This document shows positions 1-11,658 of a DNA stretch of 64,000 nt, in pieces. Made by a program: the position numbers and the translations under genes. Below the pieces are notes generated by a model. The model saw only the letters and a list, made by a program, of their open reading frames with translations, was not told where the DNA came from and made no database searches. Source of the DNA: Squalus acanthias (Eukaryota); the NCBI GenBank assembly GCA_030390025.1, contig CM059432.1, forward strand, positions 23,562,001-23,626,000. Direction: 5' to 3'. Position 1 is the stretch's first letter; every line of letters begins with the position of its first letter.

Positions 1-32
1 CGGAGCTATCGATCGCCCCTTCCTCAGGTGAA
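1..32 (-). ncRNA. Hammerhead ribozyme motif cut by the window edge
   Basis: Minus strand reads UCAC-CUGAGGA-A-GGGGC-gaucgaua-GCUCC-G; the remainder of GAAA lies outside the window. Confidence 0.6.
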
Positions 33-768
33 GTAAAGAGATACAGAATCGCCAAAGCATATATAGATAGAGAACAATGCATGTGTTACTTACAAAAGCA
101 GACGACTACATTTAAATCACCCTGACTGTTTATCTGCCGAGGTGTGACAAAAGGCAATCAGGTCACATCAAAGACATAGCAAGATACAACTGAGACAATG
201 AGGTGGAGCCACAGGGGGTCCAATGTGTCAAAAGCCGCAGTATGGGAAACGATAAACTTTAAAAATTTTACTTTTTTACTGGGAATCACATCTGTTAACA
301 AGCCAACGGCGACTCGAGTCTGGATCACGTCATGTATCGTGACATAAACCCAAGACCCCGGTTGAGGCCGTCCTCATGAGTGCGGAACTTGGCTATCAGT
401 TTCTGCTCGATGATTTTGTGTTGTCGTGTGTTTCTAAGGCCGCCTTGGAGAACGCTTACCCGCAGATCCGAGGCTGAATGTCCTTGACTGCTGAAGTGTT
501 CCCCGACTGGGAGGGAACACTCCTGCCTGGTGATTGTTGCGCGGTGTCCGTTCATATGTTGTCTCAGTGTCTGCATGGTCTCGCCGATGTACCATGCCGC
601 GGTGCATTCTTTCCTGCAATGTATGAGGTAGACAACGTTGGCCGAGTCACATGAGTATGTACCATGTACCTGGTGGGTAGTGTCCTCACGTGTGATGATG
701 GTATCTGTGTTGATGATCTGGCATGTCTTGCAGAGGTTGCCGTGGCAGGGTTGTGTGGTGTCGTGGTA
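1..768 (-). mobile_element. Penelope-like retroelement 3' part: GIY-YIG endonuclease C-terminus, 3'UTR and terminal repeat (runs off the window)
   Basis: Minus frame ~735-325 reads CKTC..CDSANVVYLIHCRKEC..WYIGETMQTLRQHMNGHR..HF..H..E..GLN, a PLE GIY-YIG domain. Bases 1-150 are homologous to 24612-24752. Confidence 0.92.
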
Positions 769-1179
769 TTTAATAGGCCAACTCTTCTTGCCTCCTACTC
801 ACTGAATCTGTCAATTCCTTCTTTCTCCACCAACGTATCTAATTGCCCCCGATCCAATTTATACCAATTGTTTCAGTGACTGTCCACAACTCTATTACCC
901 ATTCTGTGAAACAGCTGTATGTGACTTCCCTTCTTACTCTTCACCTAAGTTTTAACCTGTCCTCTGGTCTTTGAACCTTTCACCATAGTGAATAATTTGT
1001 CCAGATCAGTTTTGTTAGTTTCTTTCTTAATTACTAAAAATTACAATTAGATCATATCAATCATCGGGTATTTCCCAAACACAAACCCCAATTTCTTTAT
1101 CCTTTCCAAATATTTTTTATTTCTAATAAAGAAAGAATTTGCATTTATGTAGCACCTTTCTTGTCCCATGCATTACTTT

Positions 1180-1560
1180 TACATAGGATTACATAGGATA
1201 TACGGCACAGAAATAGGCCATTCGGCCCAACCAGTCCATGCCGGTGTTTATGCTCCACACGAGCCTCCTCCCGTCTTTCTTCATCTAAATCTATCAGCAT
1301 AACCCTCAATTCCCTTTTCCCTCATATGCTTGTCCAGTCTCCCCTTAAATGCATCTATACTATTTGCTTCAACCACTCCCTGTGGTAGCGAGTTCCACAT
1401 TCTCACCACTCTTTGGGTAAAGAAGTTTCTTCTGAATTCCCTATTGGATGTCTTGGTGACTATCTTATATTGATGGCCTCTAGTTATGCTCTTCCCCACA
1501 AGTGGAAACATTCTCTCTGTATCCACTCTATCAAAATTTTTCATAATTTTAAAGACCTAT
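1180..1560 (-). mobile_element. CR1 LINE 3' end
   Basis: ORF 1281-1544 (TRGH..RRNFFTQRVVRMWNSLP..FKGRLD), CR1 3'UTR and microsatellite tail. Confidence 0.9.
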
Positions 1561-1662
1561 CTCGGTCAATCCTAGATTATGTAGTCAAGTGCTGGAGTGG
1601 AGTTAGAACTCACAATTTTTTGACTCTGAGAAGACAGTGCTATCAACTCAGCCAAACTTACA

Positions 1663-2480
1663 GGGGGTAAATTTAACCTCCCAAAATGGTTGGGTTAGAT
1701 GTAATTTTTTTTTCAAATCTCAAACCTGACCCCAACCCACCTCTAACCCGCCCACTTCCGGGTTTAACGGAGGCGGGATAAGTGCTGAGCAGCCAACCCG
1801 CTCCCAGGGGGCGGGTTGGCCATTGAAATATTAAATAGTGAGGCTGGGAGCCTCAAATTTAACCTGTCTTAATCTGGCTGGCTAGTTTTTCCGGGCCTCG
1901 GGAAACTCGGCAGCTCAAGGGAGGCGAAGACAGCTTCGGGGAAGAGGTAAGTGCTTTACAGCACTGCTATGGGCCAGGAGGAGCAGGAGTGTGTCCTCCC
2001 ACCAAGCTACCTTCTTCCATGCCATCCCCTGCCCCACCCCTATTCAAACACCACCCCCCCCACCCCCTTTTGAGATTGGGGATCTGACCCCTCCGGGATC
2101 CAAACCCCTCTCCCCCGGATTTGGGGGTTCGACGCCCCCCCTCCCACGCCCCCCACCTCTGGGTTCAGTCGTTGGACCCCCTCCCTGGGATCGGGGTTCC
2201 GACCCCCCCCTGGGATTTGAACCCCTCCCTCCCTCGGATTCGGGGATTCAACACCCCCGCCCCCCCCCACCACCCCCCCCTCCGGGTTCGTTGGTCGGAC
2301 CCCCTCCCTGGGATCGGATCCCTCCAGATCCGGACCCCCACCCCAATGCTCCCACTAATGCAGCAGCAGGTTCCTTACCTTCTCCTGTGGTTGCGACCTC
2401 CTCCAGAGTGTTCCCTGCCTGACAGGGAGCCTGTCAATCAGGCTGGCTTCCAGGTGGGGAACCTGTTTAAAAAAAATACT
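1663..2480. mobile_element. Partial Harbinger-type non-autonomous element with internal C-rich tandem repeats (~2060-2345)
   Basis: Begins GGGGGTAAATTT like the other GGGGG-type TIRs here; GC-rich subterminus resembles the 9525 and 15403 elements; no right TIR found. Confidence 0.5.
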
Positions 2481-3069
2481 TTTAACATTGATCTGTGTTT
2501 GTAAGAAGGAATGAATAAGGAACGGCCACTAAACCTATCTCACTCATCCAATGTATTGATCAACTTTCAGGACCTGCGCTCACAATTTTTATCCTGCTTT
2601 TGCGAGGCCATATCCTTTCACTCCCAGTCAGATCTAGAAATGTCCATTTCTATTATGAATTCTTCAGCCAAGTCTACAATCACTGACACCATGTTCCATA
2701 ACACATAATTGTGTGAAGCAATTACTTTTTATGTCTTCAGTTTGAGGTTCCCTGACTTGTAATTATCACCCCAAGGACTTCATGTCTTCCATAGCAGGAT
2801 CCTTTATGATTTAAAAAAAACTTTCTTCATGTGTCTTTTCCATATAGAAACCCATTGACTTATGCCTTACTGTGGCGTTAGCTATAAGTTCAGTCAGTTA
2901 TTGCTCATCCATGTTAACCAACTGCATAAAACTGTCAACCATACAAACACTTCCAGGGTAGAGACTACAGGGAACTTATTTTACTTGACTATGAATACAA
3001 CATTGCAGTAATATTGATATACCCTTTCCACTACCTCTGTCTTTCATGTGGGAAGTTGTCCAAACCATT

Positions 3070-3380
3070 AGGAACAGGTGTAGGCCCTTCTCGCCTGTTC
3101 CACCAGTCAAGTAGATCGTGGCTGATCTGTATCTTAACTTCATTTATCCGGCTTGGTTCGGTAACCCTTAATACCCTTGCCTAACAAAAATCTATCAATC
3201 TCAGTTTTGAAATTTTCAAATGACCTAGCTTCAACAGCTTTTTTTGGGGGGGTTGGTAGGGGGCTGGTGGGGTAGAGGGGAGGTGGGGGAAGAGTTCCAG
3301 ATTTCCACGACCCTTTATGTGAAGAAGTGATTCCTGACATCACCCTTGAACGACCAATCTCTAATTTTAAGGATCATTCT
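3070..3380 (-). mobile_element. Old CR1 3' fragment
   Basis: AVEARSFENFKTEIDRFLLGKGIKGY plus CR1 3'UTR. Confidence 0.8.
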
Positions 3381-4923
3381 TCTATTAAGCCCCATTATTT
3401 TAATTGCGATTGTTACGATTACTGTGATTTATGACCACAGGGTAGCGAGCTGTTGATGGTTATTATCGTTTAAAATACTGCACCACATCTGTGCCGTGCA
3501 TCATAATATTATGACATTGCCAATTGTAAGGTCACCTTGGGGGAAAAAAACGTCGGGTCCTCAGAATGTGAGTCTTACAGAGCTGTACTTCTTGTCGATT
3601 TTATATTACTTTTTTCTGTTATATATATTTTTCTGTGCTGCTGAATTATAAATTGCATTGTAGCCCACAGTGTAAAGAGCACTGCGGGATGATGCATAAC
3701 CGAATGAATTGGGAAGGAGCAAGCACTGCTTTGGGAATCAGAATCCCCGAGAAGCAGCACTAATGGAATCAATTTTGTTTGGTGACCTCAATGAATAGAT
3801 CTATAAATTATGCTACTAATTTTAGGGTCACTGAAATGATTGCAGCGCTCAGCCAATATCTTGAGTGAGCGAATGAATATTAAGATAAAGGCACCTTAGC
3901 TGAAAGGTTTGCTTCAGTACTAATGGATTTCCTACGCACTGCGTGTTCTACTGATTTGCCAAGTAACCTTTAACTGTTTAAGAGCTATATGGAGATCTGT
4001 TGGGGTCTGTCAGTCACCCTCCCCCTCCTCTCGCCAATATTCTATTCTGACTTGAGCTACGGTATAGTTTTATGGGCACTGGCCATCTTCTGCTACTTTG
4101 CTAAAATGGCCACGCTCCCACGTGTGAGTTTAGCGTGAGCAGGTTATTAAACCATGGAGGACTTCACCGCGAAGCCCGATCCTGTTGTCACCCAATGTTC
4201 ACTTTGCAGTAGCGGTCCCCGGTTAGCTGTCGAGGCTCTCCTAGCTTGCTAGCTGGGATACTGAGACCAATTTAGCGCCTCTACTGTCACTCTGTCTGAG
4301 ATCAGCTAACTCAGCATAGACCACAGGATGAGAGCAGATGCAGGTACAACATTGAGGATTATATGCCAATTCAGTAATGCACACTTCCCCTTTAATAGAC
4401 TGCTGGCGCTGATGCTACAGTATCGAAGGCAGTGGCTCTGTATCAGAAGAACTATATCGCAATTCAGATCAAATCCAGGAGCTTCCTGGCACAATTTCAC
4501 GCTGGATAGTTTATCTATTGAGCCAAAGAGATGTTCTACCACTCATTCATATTAGCATATTACCATGATTTGTGCTTTAAACCATGATTTATAGGCAGCC
4601 ATTTTGTGATGTTAATTTGTTTGATTAACATTGCTCGTGTTTGTGATATGGTAATGGAACGTCACGGTGCCCTCTCAGGCTAATACACAAAATATCTTTT
4701 GCCAGGTATTTCTAAAGCATACCCGTGGATCCCCTGTGGCATTGTTCATGGAAGTTCAAATCAAAGCAAATTTTCCTCAAAGGCATTCAAAAGCAGAAAG
4801 TGAAAGAACATCGTTGAGAACGATCAATAGTCAGAGGGGCAGAAAGTTACCAAAAATCAGCAATTTAAATTTGAAAGTCACGCATTCACAAAAAACATGT
4901 AACCGTGAATCATTTTGCTATGT

Positions 4924-5540
4924 TAGCCGTGGCTCAGTGGTAGCACTCTTGCTTCTGACACAGAAGGTTGTGCGTTCGTCCCACTCTCGAGACTTGAGGA
5001 CAAAATGTCGGCTGAGACCACTGTATCCTGTCATTTTTTGGGGGGCCACGTGGCCCCTTTAATGGGCGGCGCGGCCCATTCAGAATTCCGCACATGCGCG
5101 TATTTTTTCAATTTAAAAGCCGGTTCACCGACTGCGTAGGACCCTTGGAGCGATGCACGGCCACTCAACTTGAAGGGAACATTGGCTGAGACTCCAGTGC
5201 ACTATTGAGGGAGTTGAAAGTGCCGCCTTTTGGATGGGACGTTAAACCGAGGCCCCGCCTGCCCCCTCAGGTGGACGTAAAAGATCCTTCGGTACTATTT
5301 CAAAGAAGAGCAAGGGAGTTCTCTGGGTGTCCTGGCCAATATTTACTCCTCAACAAACATCACTAAAACAGATTATCTGGTTATTATTACAATTTGTGGA
5401 AGCTTGCTTTGCGCAAATTGGCTGCCACGTTTCCTAAATTACAACAGTGACTACACTTTAACAGTACTTCATTGTCTGTAAAGCGCTTTGGGATGTCCTA
5501 AGGTCTTGAAAAGCGCTATATAAATGCACGTCTTTCTTTT
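4924..5540 (+). mobile_element. tRNA-derived DeuSINE-type SINE interrupted by a hAT MITE
   Basis: A-box tggctcagtgg, B-box-like gttcgtccc, central ggatgggacgttaaaccgaggcccc, L2-like tail gcgctatataaatgca..tctttcttt. Confidence 0.75.
5019..5184. mobile_element. hAT-type MITE
   Basis: Exact 8-bp TSD GCTGAGAC (5011-5018, 5185-5192); imperfect TIRs CACTGTATCCT / AGGGAACATTG. Confidence 0.8.
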
Positions 5541-5859
5541 ACTTAAAGATAGAAAAGGGGCAAACTGAAGCAAGGGAGAAGAAAATGGTAAGCAGCTGTT
5601 CCAAACTGATGTCCAGGATGAAGTTTAGGGATGTTGGTAGTGTCCTGGGGCTGAGGTATTGTAGGTTTGGGAATCTGGGACTTCTGCTGCTCCATCTCTT
5701 GGTTGAAGTGTGGAGCTGCAGGTATGACTGGGGGCCAGTGATACCTGTAGCTGCTCACTTAATAATTGTCCAGTGCATGACATACAGAACAAATTTCATA
5801 TAATATAGATTTAACATTCTAAGAGAGTGACAAAGACTCACTGATAAGTGAGCAGGTTG

Positions 5860-6288
5860 ATTGACACCCCACCCACCACCTTAAACATTCACTCCCTCCA
5901 CCACCGGCGTACCGTGGCTGCAGTGTGTCCCATCTACAAGATGCACTGCAGCAACTCGCCAAGGCTTCTTCGGCAACACCCACCAAACCCGCGGCCTCTT
6001 CCACCTAGAAGGACAAGGGCTGCAGGCGCATGGGAACACCACCACCTCCAAGTTCCCCTCCAAGTCACACACCATCCTGACTTGGAAATATATTGTTGTT
6101 CCTTCATCGTTGCTGGGTCAAAATCCTGGAACTTTCCCCCTAACAGCACTGTGGGAGCACCTTCACCACACGGACTGCAACAGTTCAAGAAGGCGGCTCG
6201 CCAACACCTTCTCAAGGGCAACTAGGGATGGGCAATAAATGCTGGCCTTGCCAGTGACGCCCAGATCCCATGAATGAATTTAAAAAAA
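5860..6288 (+). mobile_element. CR1-group LINE 3' fragment (distinct family)
   Basis: SLHHRRTVAAV..YKM..SWN.P..FKKAA RT C-terminal pattern, tail atgaatgaattt(a)n; the same tail occurs at ~7760 and ~61380 (minus) and ~37530-37630. Confidence 0.75.
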
Positions 6289-6724
6289 GGTACATCATTA
6301 AGGATTATGTGCCAATTCAGTAACGTACAATACAGGAGCCACTGACAGATAACAACATCTTACTTCTTTTATTACATATCACATCTCATCAATTTTATTC
6401 CTTTTCCAAGACTCATGCGCACAGTGCAGACTGGGAATATTCTGACGAGTGGCTAACAGCATAGTTTTGAATTTTTAAAATATATTTTTCCTTTCTCATT
6501 TTCCCCATGATTCTGAAGGCAATAACTCACGCTAAGTTGGGTACTGGTGGTCCTCCTGTGCTTAAACCAGTGTAAACCTCCTCCTTCCCCCATTCACCAA
6601 CCCCCAGTAACTGATTTCAATGCCTCAGTCACAGAACTGGCTGAGATCTGCTTACTCAAAAGAGACCAAGGATCAAACTTGTGATATTGGCAGTCTGTGT
6701 GGGTCAGTTCTACATTGTATGGCC

Positions 6725-7120
6725 TTGCTGCGAACACTCTCATCTCTGGGTACGAAGGCCCCATTCCACAACTTGAATGCGCAGTCCAGTGTAATACTAA
6801 AGGGGTGCTGCATTGCCGGAGATGCCATCCTTCAGATAAGACCTTAAACCAAAGTCCCTGTTTAAAGTTCCCATGGAACCGTTCAAAGAGCTGGCAGTGA
6901 TGTCAACATTCCACCCTCAACCAACACTGTTAAAAGCAGAATAACTGGTTCGAGCCAACATTCCTCACCAGAGCAGTATAACTGGTCAGTCATGTTTACG
7001 TAATGTTGCTGGATTGGAATGGTTGTCCCGTCTGCATCTCAGAAGTAATTCATCGTGTGAAGGGCTTTGAGACGTTTTGATGATCTGATCAAACGCTATA
7101 TAAATGCAAGTATTATTTTT
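6725..7120 (+). mobile_element. Degenerate DeuSINE-type SINE
   Basis: Colinear similarity to 4924-5540, ending cgctatataaatgcaag. Confidence 0.6.
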
Positions 7121-7759
7121 CTTTTGTGATGTATTGCTCCAGTGAGCCACTGGGGTGTGGGGGAGGCTGACTGTTTTTAACCTTCTGGTGCTAGACCTGA
7201 AGCTCTAATGTTGTTGCTTTGTTTTCTGTTTCAAAAACAGAGATCAAGACAAGGCCAGTTGGGCATAAACATGCCCTTAATGCAGCACAATTTTTGGAGT
7301 TTGCCAAACGGTATTTTGTGGCACTATTTGGATAGCGCTACCAAAGTGCCGGCTCAGACACAACGGGCCGAATGGCTCCTTCTGTGCTGTATCATTCTAT
7401 GATTTTATATTTTTGAAATTGAAGCTTACGCCTAACCGCAGTTTACTACTTCATTTGACTCCAGTAAAACTGGGACATCAGCCAAAGTAATACTACCAAA
7501 TGTCTGGAGGGGAAGAATTTCAATATTTGCTATTGGCTCTCCCGTGGTATTGATCATGGAGTGTAAGAGGGATATGCTGTTTTCTCTCATGTAATGTATA
7601 GCCTTTTGTTTTTGAGGACTACTAATTTACAGTGAGTGAATAAGTCAAATTGGGTACTTTTTTTTACAGACTGTTTGTGTTATTTGGCTTGAGTAGTGGA
7701 GAGGTATAAAACATTGAAGCAGCAAAGAGGATGGGGGTTTTGAGAGTTTAAAAAAAAAT

Positions 7760-8140
7760 TATTCATTCATGTGGATGTGGACGTCACCGGCAAGGCCAGC
7801 ATTTATTGCTCCTCCCTAATTGCAATACAACTGAGTGGCTTGCTAGGCATTTCAGGAGGGCAGTTAAGAGTCAGCCACATTGCTGTGGGTCTGGAGTCAC
7901 ATATAGGCCAGACCGGGTAAGGACGGCAGATTTCCTTCCCTAAAGGACATTAGTGAACCAGATGGGTTTTTACGACAATCCGGTAGTTTCATAGTCACCG
8001 TTATTGATACTAGTTTTTTTTATTCCAGATTTTATTTAATTGAATTTAAATTCCCCACCTGGGATTTGAACGTATGACTCCAGATCATTAGTCCAGGCTC
8101 TGAATTACTAGTCCAGTAACATAACCACTATGCTACCATT
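7760..8140 (-). mobile_element. tRNA-headed SINE with LINE-derived tail
   Basis: Minus strand starts ggtagcatagtggtt (A box) .. gttcaaatccc (B box); 3' end equals the tail of the 5860-6288 LINE; second copy at ~62950-63270. Confidence 0.7.
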
Positions 8141-8921
8141 ACCCCTATGTAGGGGAGTAGGCAGTAAAATGGAAGTGTGGGTTGGGTGGGGATTGGTGGA
8201 AGTTCAAAGATGAAAGAAGAGAAAAAGTTAAGGGTTACAGAGAGCTTGGAGGGGAGTGACAACACTGTGGTGGGGGTGCTAAGGTTTTGCAGCACAGGGG
8301 ATGGTCTTCGAGTTTGGCAGCAGTAAGGGAGGTGGTTCTGAAGTTTGCAGTAATTCATTGGAGGCCCTGGGATATTGAGGCACTGGGATGGCATCTTGAT
8401 GTTTACTCACAAGGGGCAGGGTTGTGAGCTTTGGTAGTATTGAACAACTGGCCTTGGGGTTTGGTAGAACTGGGGTAGGAATCGTGGCGTTTCAATACTG
8501 GGAGGAATAGACCTGTCATTTGTGGCTGGGATTCTTCCCACTTAACTGCAGATAGCCTTGCAAGTCAAGGGTAGGGTGGCGCTAGCTGGGCAAGCAGTGT
8601 GAAGCCTATCAGTGCTCTGTGCACACTTTGGGGTTTAAACAGGCTTGATGATCTAAAAAAATAATAATCATTTCTCATTCTATGTTTCCTATATTCGTAA
8701 TTCATGCTGTAGAAACCCTGGATCAGGAAACTGAACCCATTAATTGAGCAGAAGGAAGTCCAGAGATGTCAATTTGTGTTGGCATTTGTCCCTACATTAC
8801 TACAGTGACTACATTTAAAAGTAATTAATTGGCTGTGAAGCACTTTGGGAAGCCTCAAGGATGTGCAAGGTGCTGTATAAATGCAGGTTCTTTATTTGTG
8901 CTTTCTTTTCTTTCCAATGCT

Positions 8922-9348
8922 AGTGGCATAGTGGTTAGCACTGGTGCCTCACAGCGCCAGAGACCCGGGTTCGAATCTGACCTCGGGTGACTGTCTGTGT
9001 GGAGTTTGCACATTCTCCCCGTGTCTGCGTGGGTTTCCTCCGGGTGCTCCGGTTTCCTCCCACAGTCCAAAAATGTGTGGGTTAGGTTGATTTGGCTATG
9101 ATAAATTGACCCTTAGTGTTAGGGGGGATTAAGTATGTGGGGTTATGGGGATAGGATGGGATATGTTAGGGGGAATTAAATACGTGGGGTTACGGGGGTA
9201 GGGTGGGATATGTGTACTGTGGGGATTAAAGCAGGGACAGGGTACTGGATTTGGATGATCAGCCATGATCGTATTGAATGGCGGAGCAGGCTCGACGGGC
9301 CGAATGGCCTACTCCTGCTCCTAGATTCTATGTTTCTATGTTTCTATG
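8922..9348 (+). mobile_element. HE1-type V-SINE
   Basis: tRNA head (A and B boxes), V-domain tgtgtggagtttgcacattctccccgtgtctgcgtgggtttcctccgggtgctccggtttcctccc, CR1-derived 3' end with (ttctatgt)n tail. Confidence 0.9.
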
Positions 9349-9524
9349 CATGTTGCTTTTCCTTTTTGGAAAAGAAATTGGTCCTGTGTTTCAATATTCT
9401 GTATTTTTCATCTCCCAAATTTCCGCCTTGCAGATCTTTCCAATTTGAGGGTAATAACCTTATAGCTAATCAATTGCTCACTCGCCTGCATTGTTTACTA
9501 CGCAAACATTTATCTCATTACTTA

Positions 9525-10352
9525 GGGGGTGATTTTGCCAGCCCTGGGGAGGCGGGTATGGAGGCGGGACTGCCGGGAAAATGGCAGAATTTGGGAACGG
9601 GTGCCCAACCCGCCCCCATGCCATCTTGCCAGGAGGCGAGTAGCCGTCCCGCGCCGGGTCCCGTCTCCTTGGAGGCGGGAAGGGATTAAAGCCTATTAAC
9701 TGCCTGTTAACAGGTAGTTAACAGGCAGAAAATAGGATTATCCCCTTTTTGCCCTCACAAGTGCGGGCTTCCCGAAGGCTCCAAAACCTGCCAACTCAGC
9801 GAGGTGAGTACTGGGTCTGCGGGGTTTGGAGGGGTCCAAAAGTGTGCTGTGAAGATAAGTGATGGGTGCAAGAGTGGAGAGGTGAGTATCTGAGGTAAGT
9901 GCAAAGTGTTAGTAAAAGTGTACTTACCTTTGTTTCTCCCTGCAGGCTTCAGTCGGTGTGTTTGTGGAGAGTCTCTGACCTCCGTGTTGCAGATGACAGA
10001 TGGCCGTTGCATTCTCCAATGCAACAACCATCTCATTTCTGTAAAAGAAAGAAGTTTGATGAGGTCTTGAATTCAAGACCTCATCAAACTACAGAGAATG
10101 TCAGTGTTTGACAGCTTCACAGAGCTGTCAAACGATGACAATTCATCTGTCAAAAATTTTTGACTGATGAAACGTCACTCGCTGACGTTCTCTGCAACCG
10201 GCTTTCCCTTAATTGGCCTGCTAAGCCTGCTGGGCGATCAAGGTCAATCAAGGGAAAATAGCGTAGTTGGCCACAAATCGATGGAGGCGGGACATCGACC
10301 CGCCAAGCAGCAGTCCCGCCTCCAACGCGCCCCCATTAACAAAATCGCCCCC
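9525..10352. mobile_element. PIF/Harbinger-type MITE (family A)
   Basis: TIRs GGGGGTGATTTTG / CAAAATCGCCCCC with exact 3-bp TSD TTA. Confidence 0.88.
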
Positions 10353-10547
10353 TTAGTTTACTGATATATTTTGTATTAAATAGAATAAATGGAATGCTTG
10401 TGTTAGCCTTCAGGCCCTGGTGGAGATAAGAACATGAATAAGTGATCACCCATCCTCATGAGTGACATGCACAAGTTTTTCCTGACTTTAACTGGAGAGG
10501 AAAAGTGTTACAAATTCATGTTTGCCTTGGATAGGGTTTTGGTCACT

Positions 10548-10995
10548 CATAGGAACAGGAGTATGCCATTCAGCCCCTTGAGCCTGTTCCATCATTCAAT
10601 TAGACCATGGCCGATCTGTACCTCAACTCCATTTACTGGTATTTGCTCCATGTGCCTTGATGCCCGAGTCTAATAAAAATCTATCGACCTCAGTCTTGAA
10701 AATTTCAAGTGTCCCAGCATCCACAGACTTTTGGGAGAGATTTCCAGATTCCCACTAGCCTTTATGTGAAAAAGTGCTTCCTGATTTCACTCCTAAATGA
10801 CCTAGCTTTAATGTTACGATTACGTCCCCATGTTCCGGACTCCCCCACCAGAGGAAATAGTTTTTTTGTATCTACCCTATCAAATCCCTTATTCATTTTA
10901 AAGACCTTGATTAGATCACCCACCCTTTAACCTGCTAAATGCAAGGGAATACAAATCAATTTTATGCAACCTGTCCTCATTTTAACCTTTTAACT
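10548..10995 (-). mobile_element. Old CR1 3' fragment
   Basis: CR1 3'UTR and RT C-terminal similarity. Confidence 0.75.
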
Positions 10996-11658
10996 GAGCA
11001 TTTTATGTTCAAGAATGTGCTCATACTATCTAACACCTAACTATATAATAGCGTAACCTGGGGATGTACCAACAGGACCCCTTTGTGATCTGAACTGGAT
11101 TTTCTGTCTTTCGCACATGCCCTTATGTCTGTTTTCCTGATCTTTTGAAAGGTGGGCTGAGAAATACTTAGTGAGAGGCCAGATATAATTTGTTAAGCTT
11201 CTTTATTTCACAGATAGTAAGTGAATGTACAAAGTAATAGATGTAACAAAATATCACTTAATCAAACTAACTTCTGTTCCCTCCTCATGAATAAGAAAAA
11301 GAATGAAGGAACCATGTGGGACAGGCTTGATGGACCAGCTGGTCTTTTCCTGCCCGTCATTTTCATTTGTTCGTAGTTGGTAGGACTTTTAGTTTGTCTT
11401 AGCGTTGTATCTGCAGGGCCTGGCTGTTCACTTTTTATTTTAAAGGCAACTGCTCGGAGGTTACTGTCCTCCATCTCATCAGACATCACCAACTGCCCTC
11501 TCAACATGTCGGTCGGTCTTTGTTCTCTACTGTCCCACAGAAAGTTAGGGCTTGGTTTCTGATCCTTCACCCTGTCCGAAGATTGGCCAGAAGAGCCGCA
11601 AAGCGAGCCTGTTACACCTAACTACTCTCTCCTTTTGAAACTAGCTTTGGGCAAAGCT

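Noticed and set aside
1991..2504. Proline-rich ORFs
   Set aside because: They arise from C-rich tandem repeats inside a MITE-like element.
8922..8995. tRNA gene
   Set aside because: It is the tRNA-derived head of a V-SINE and continues into the V-domain and CR1 tail.
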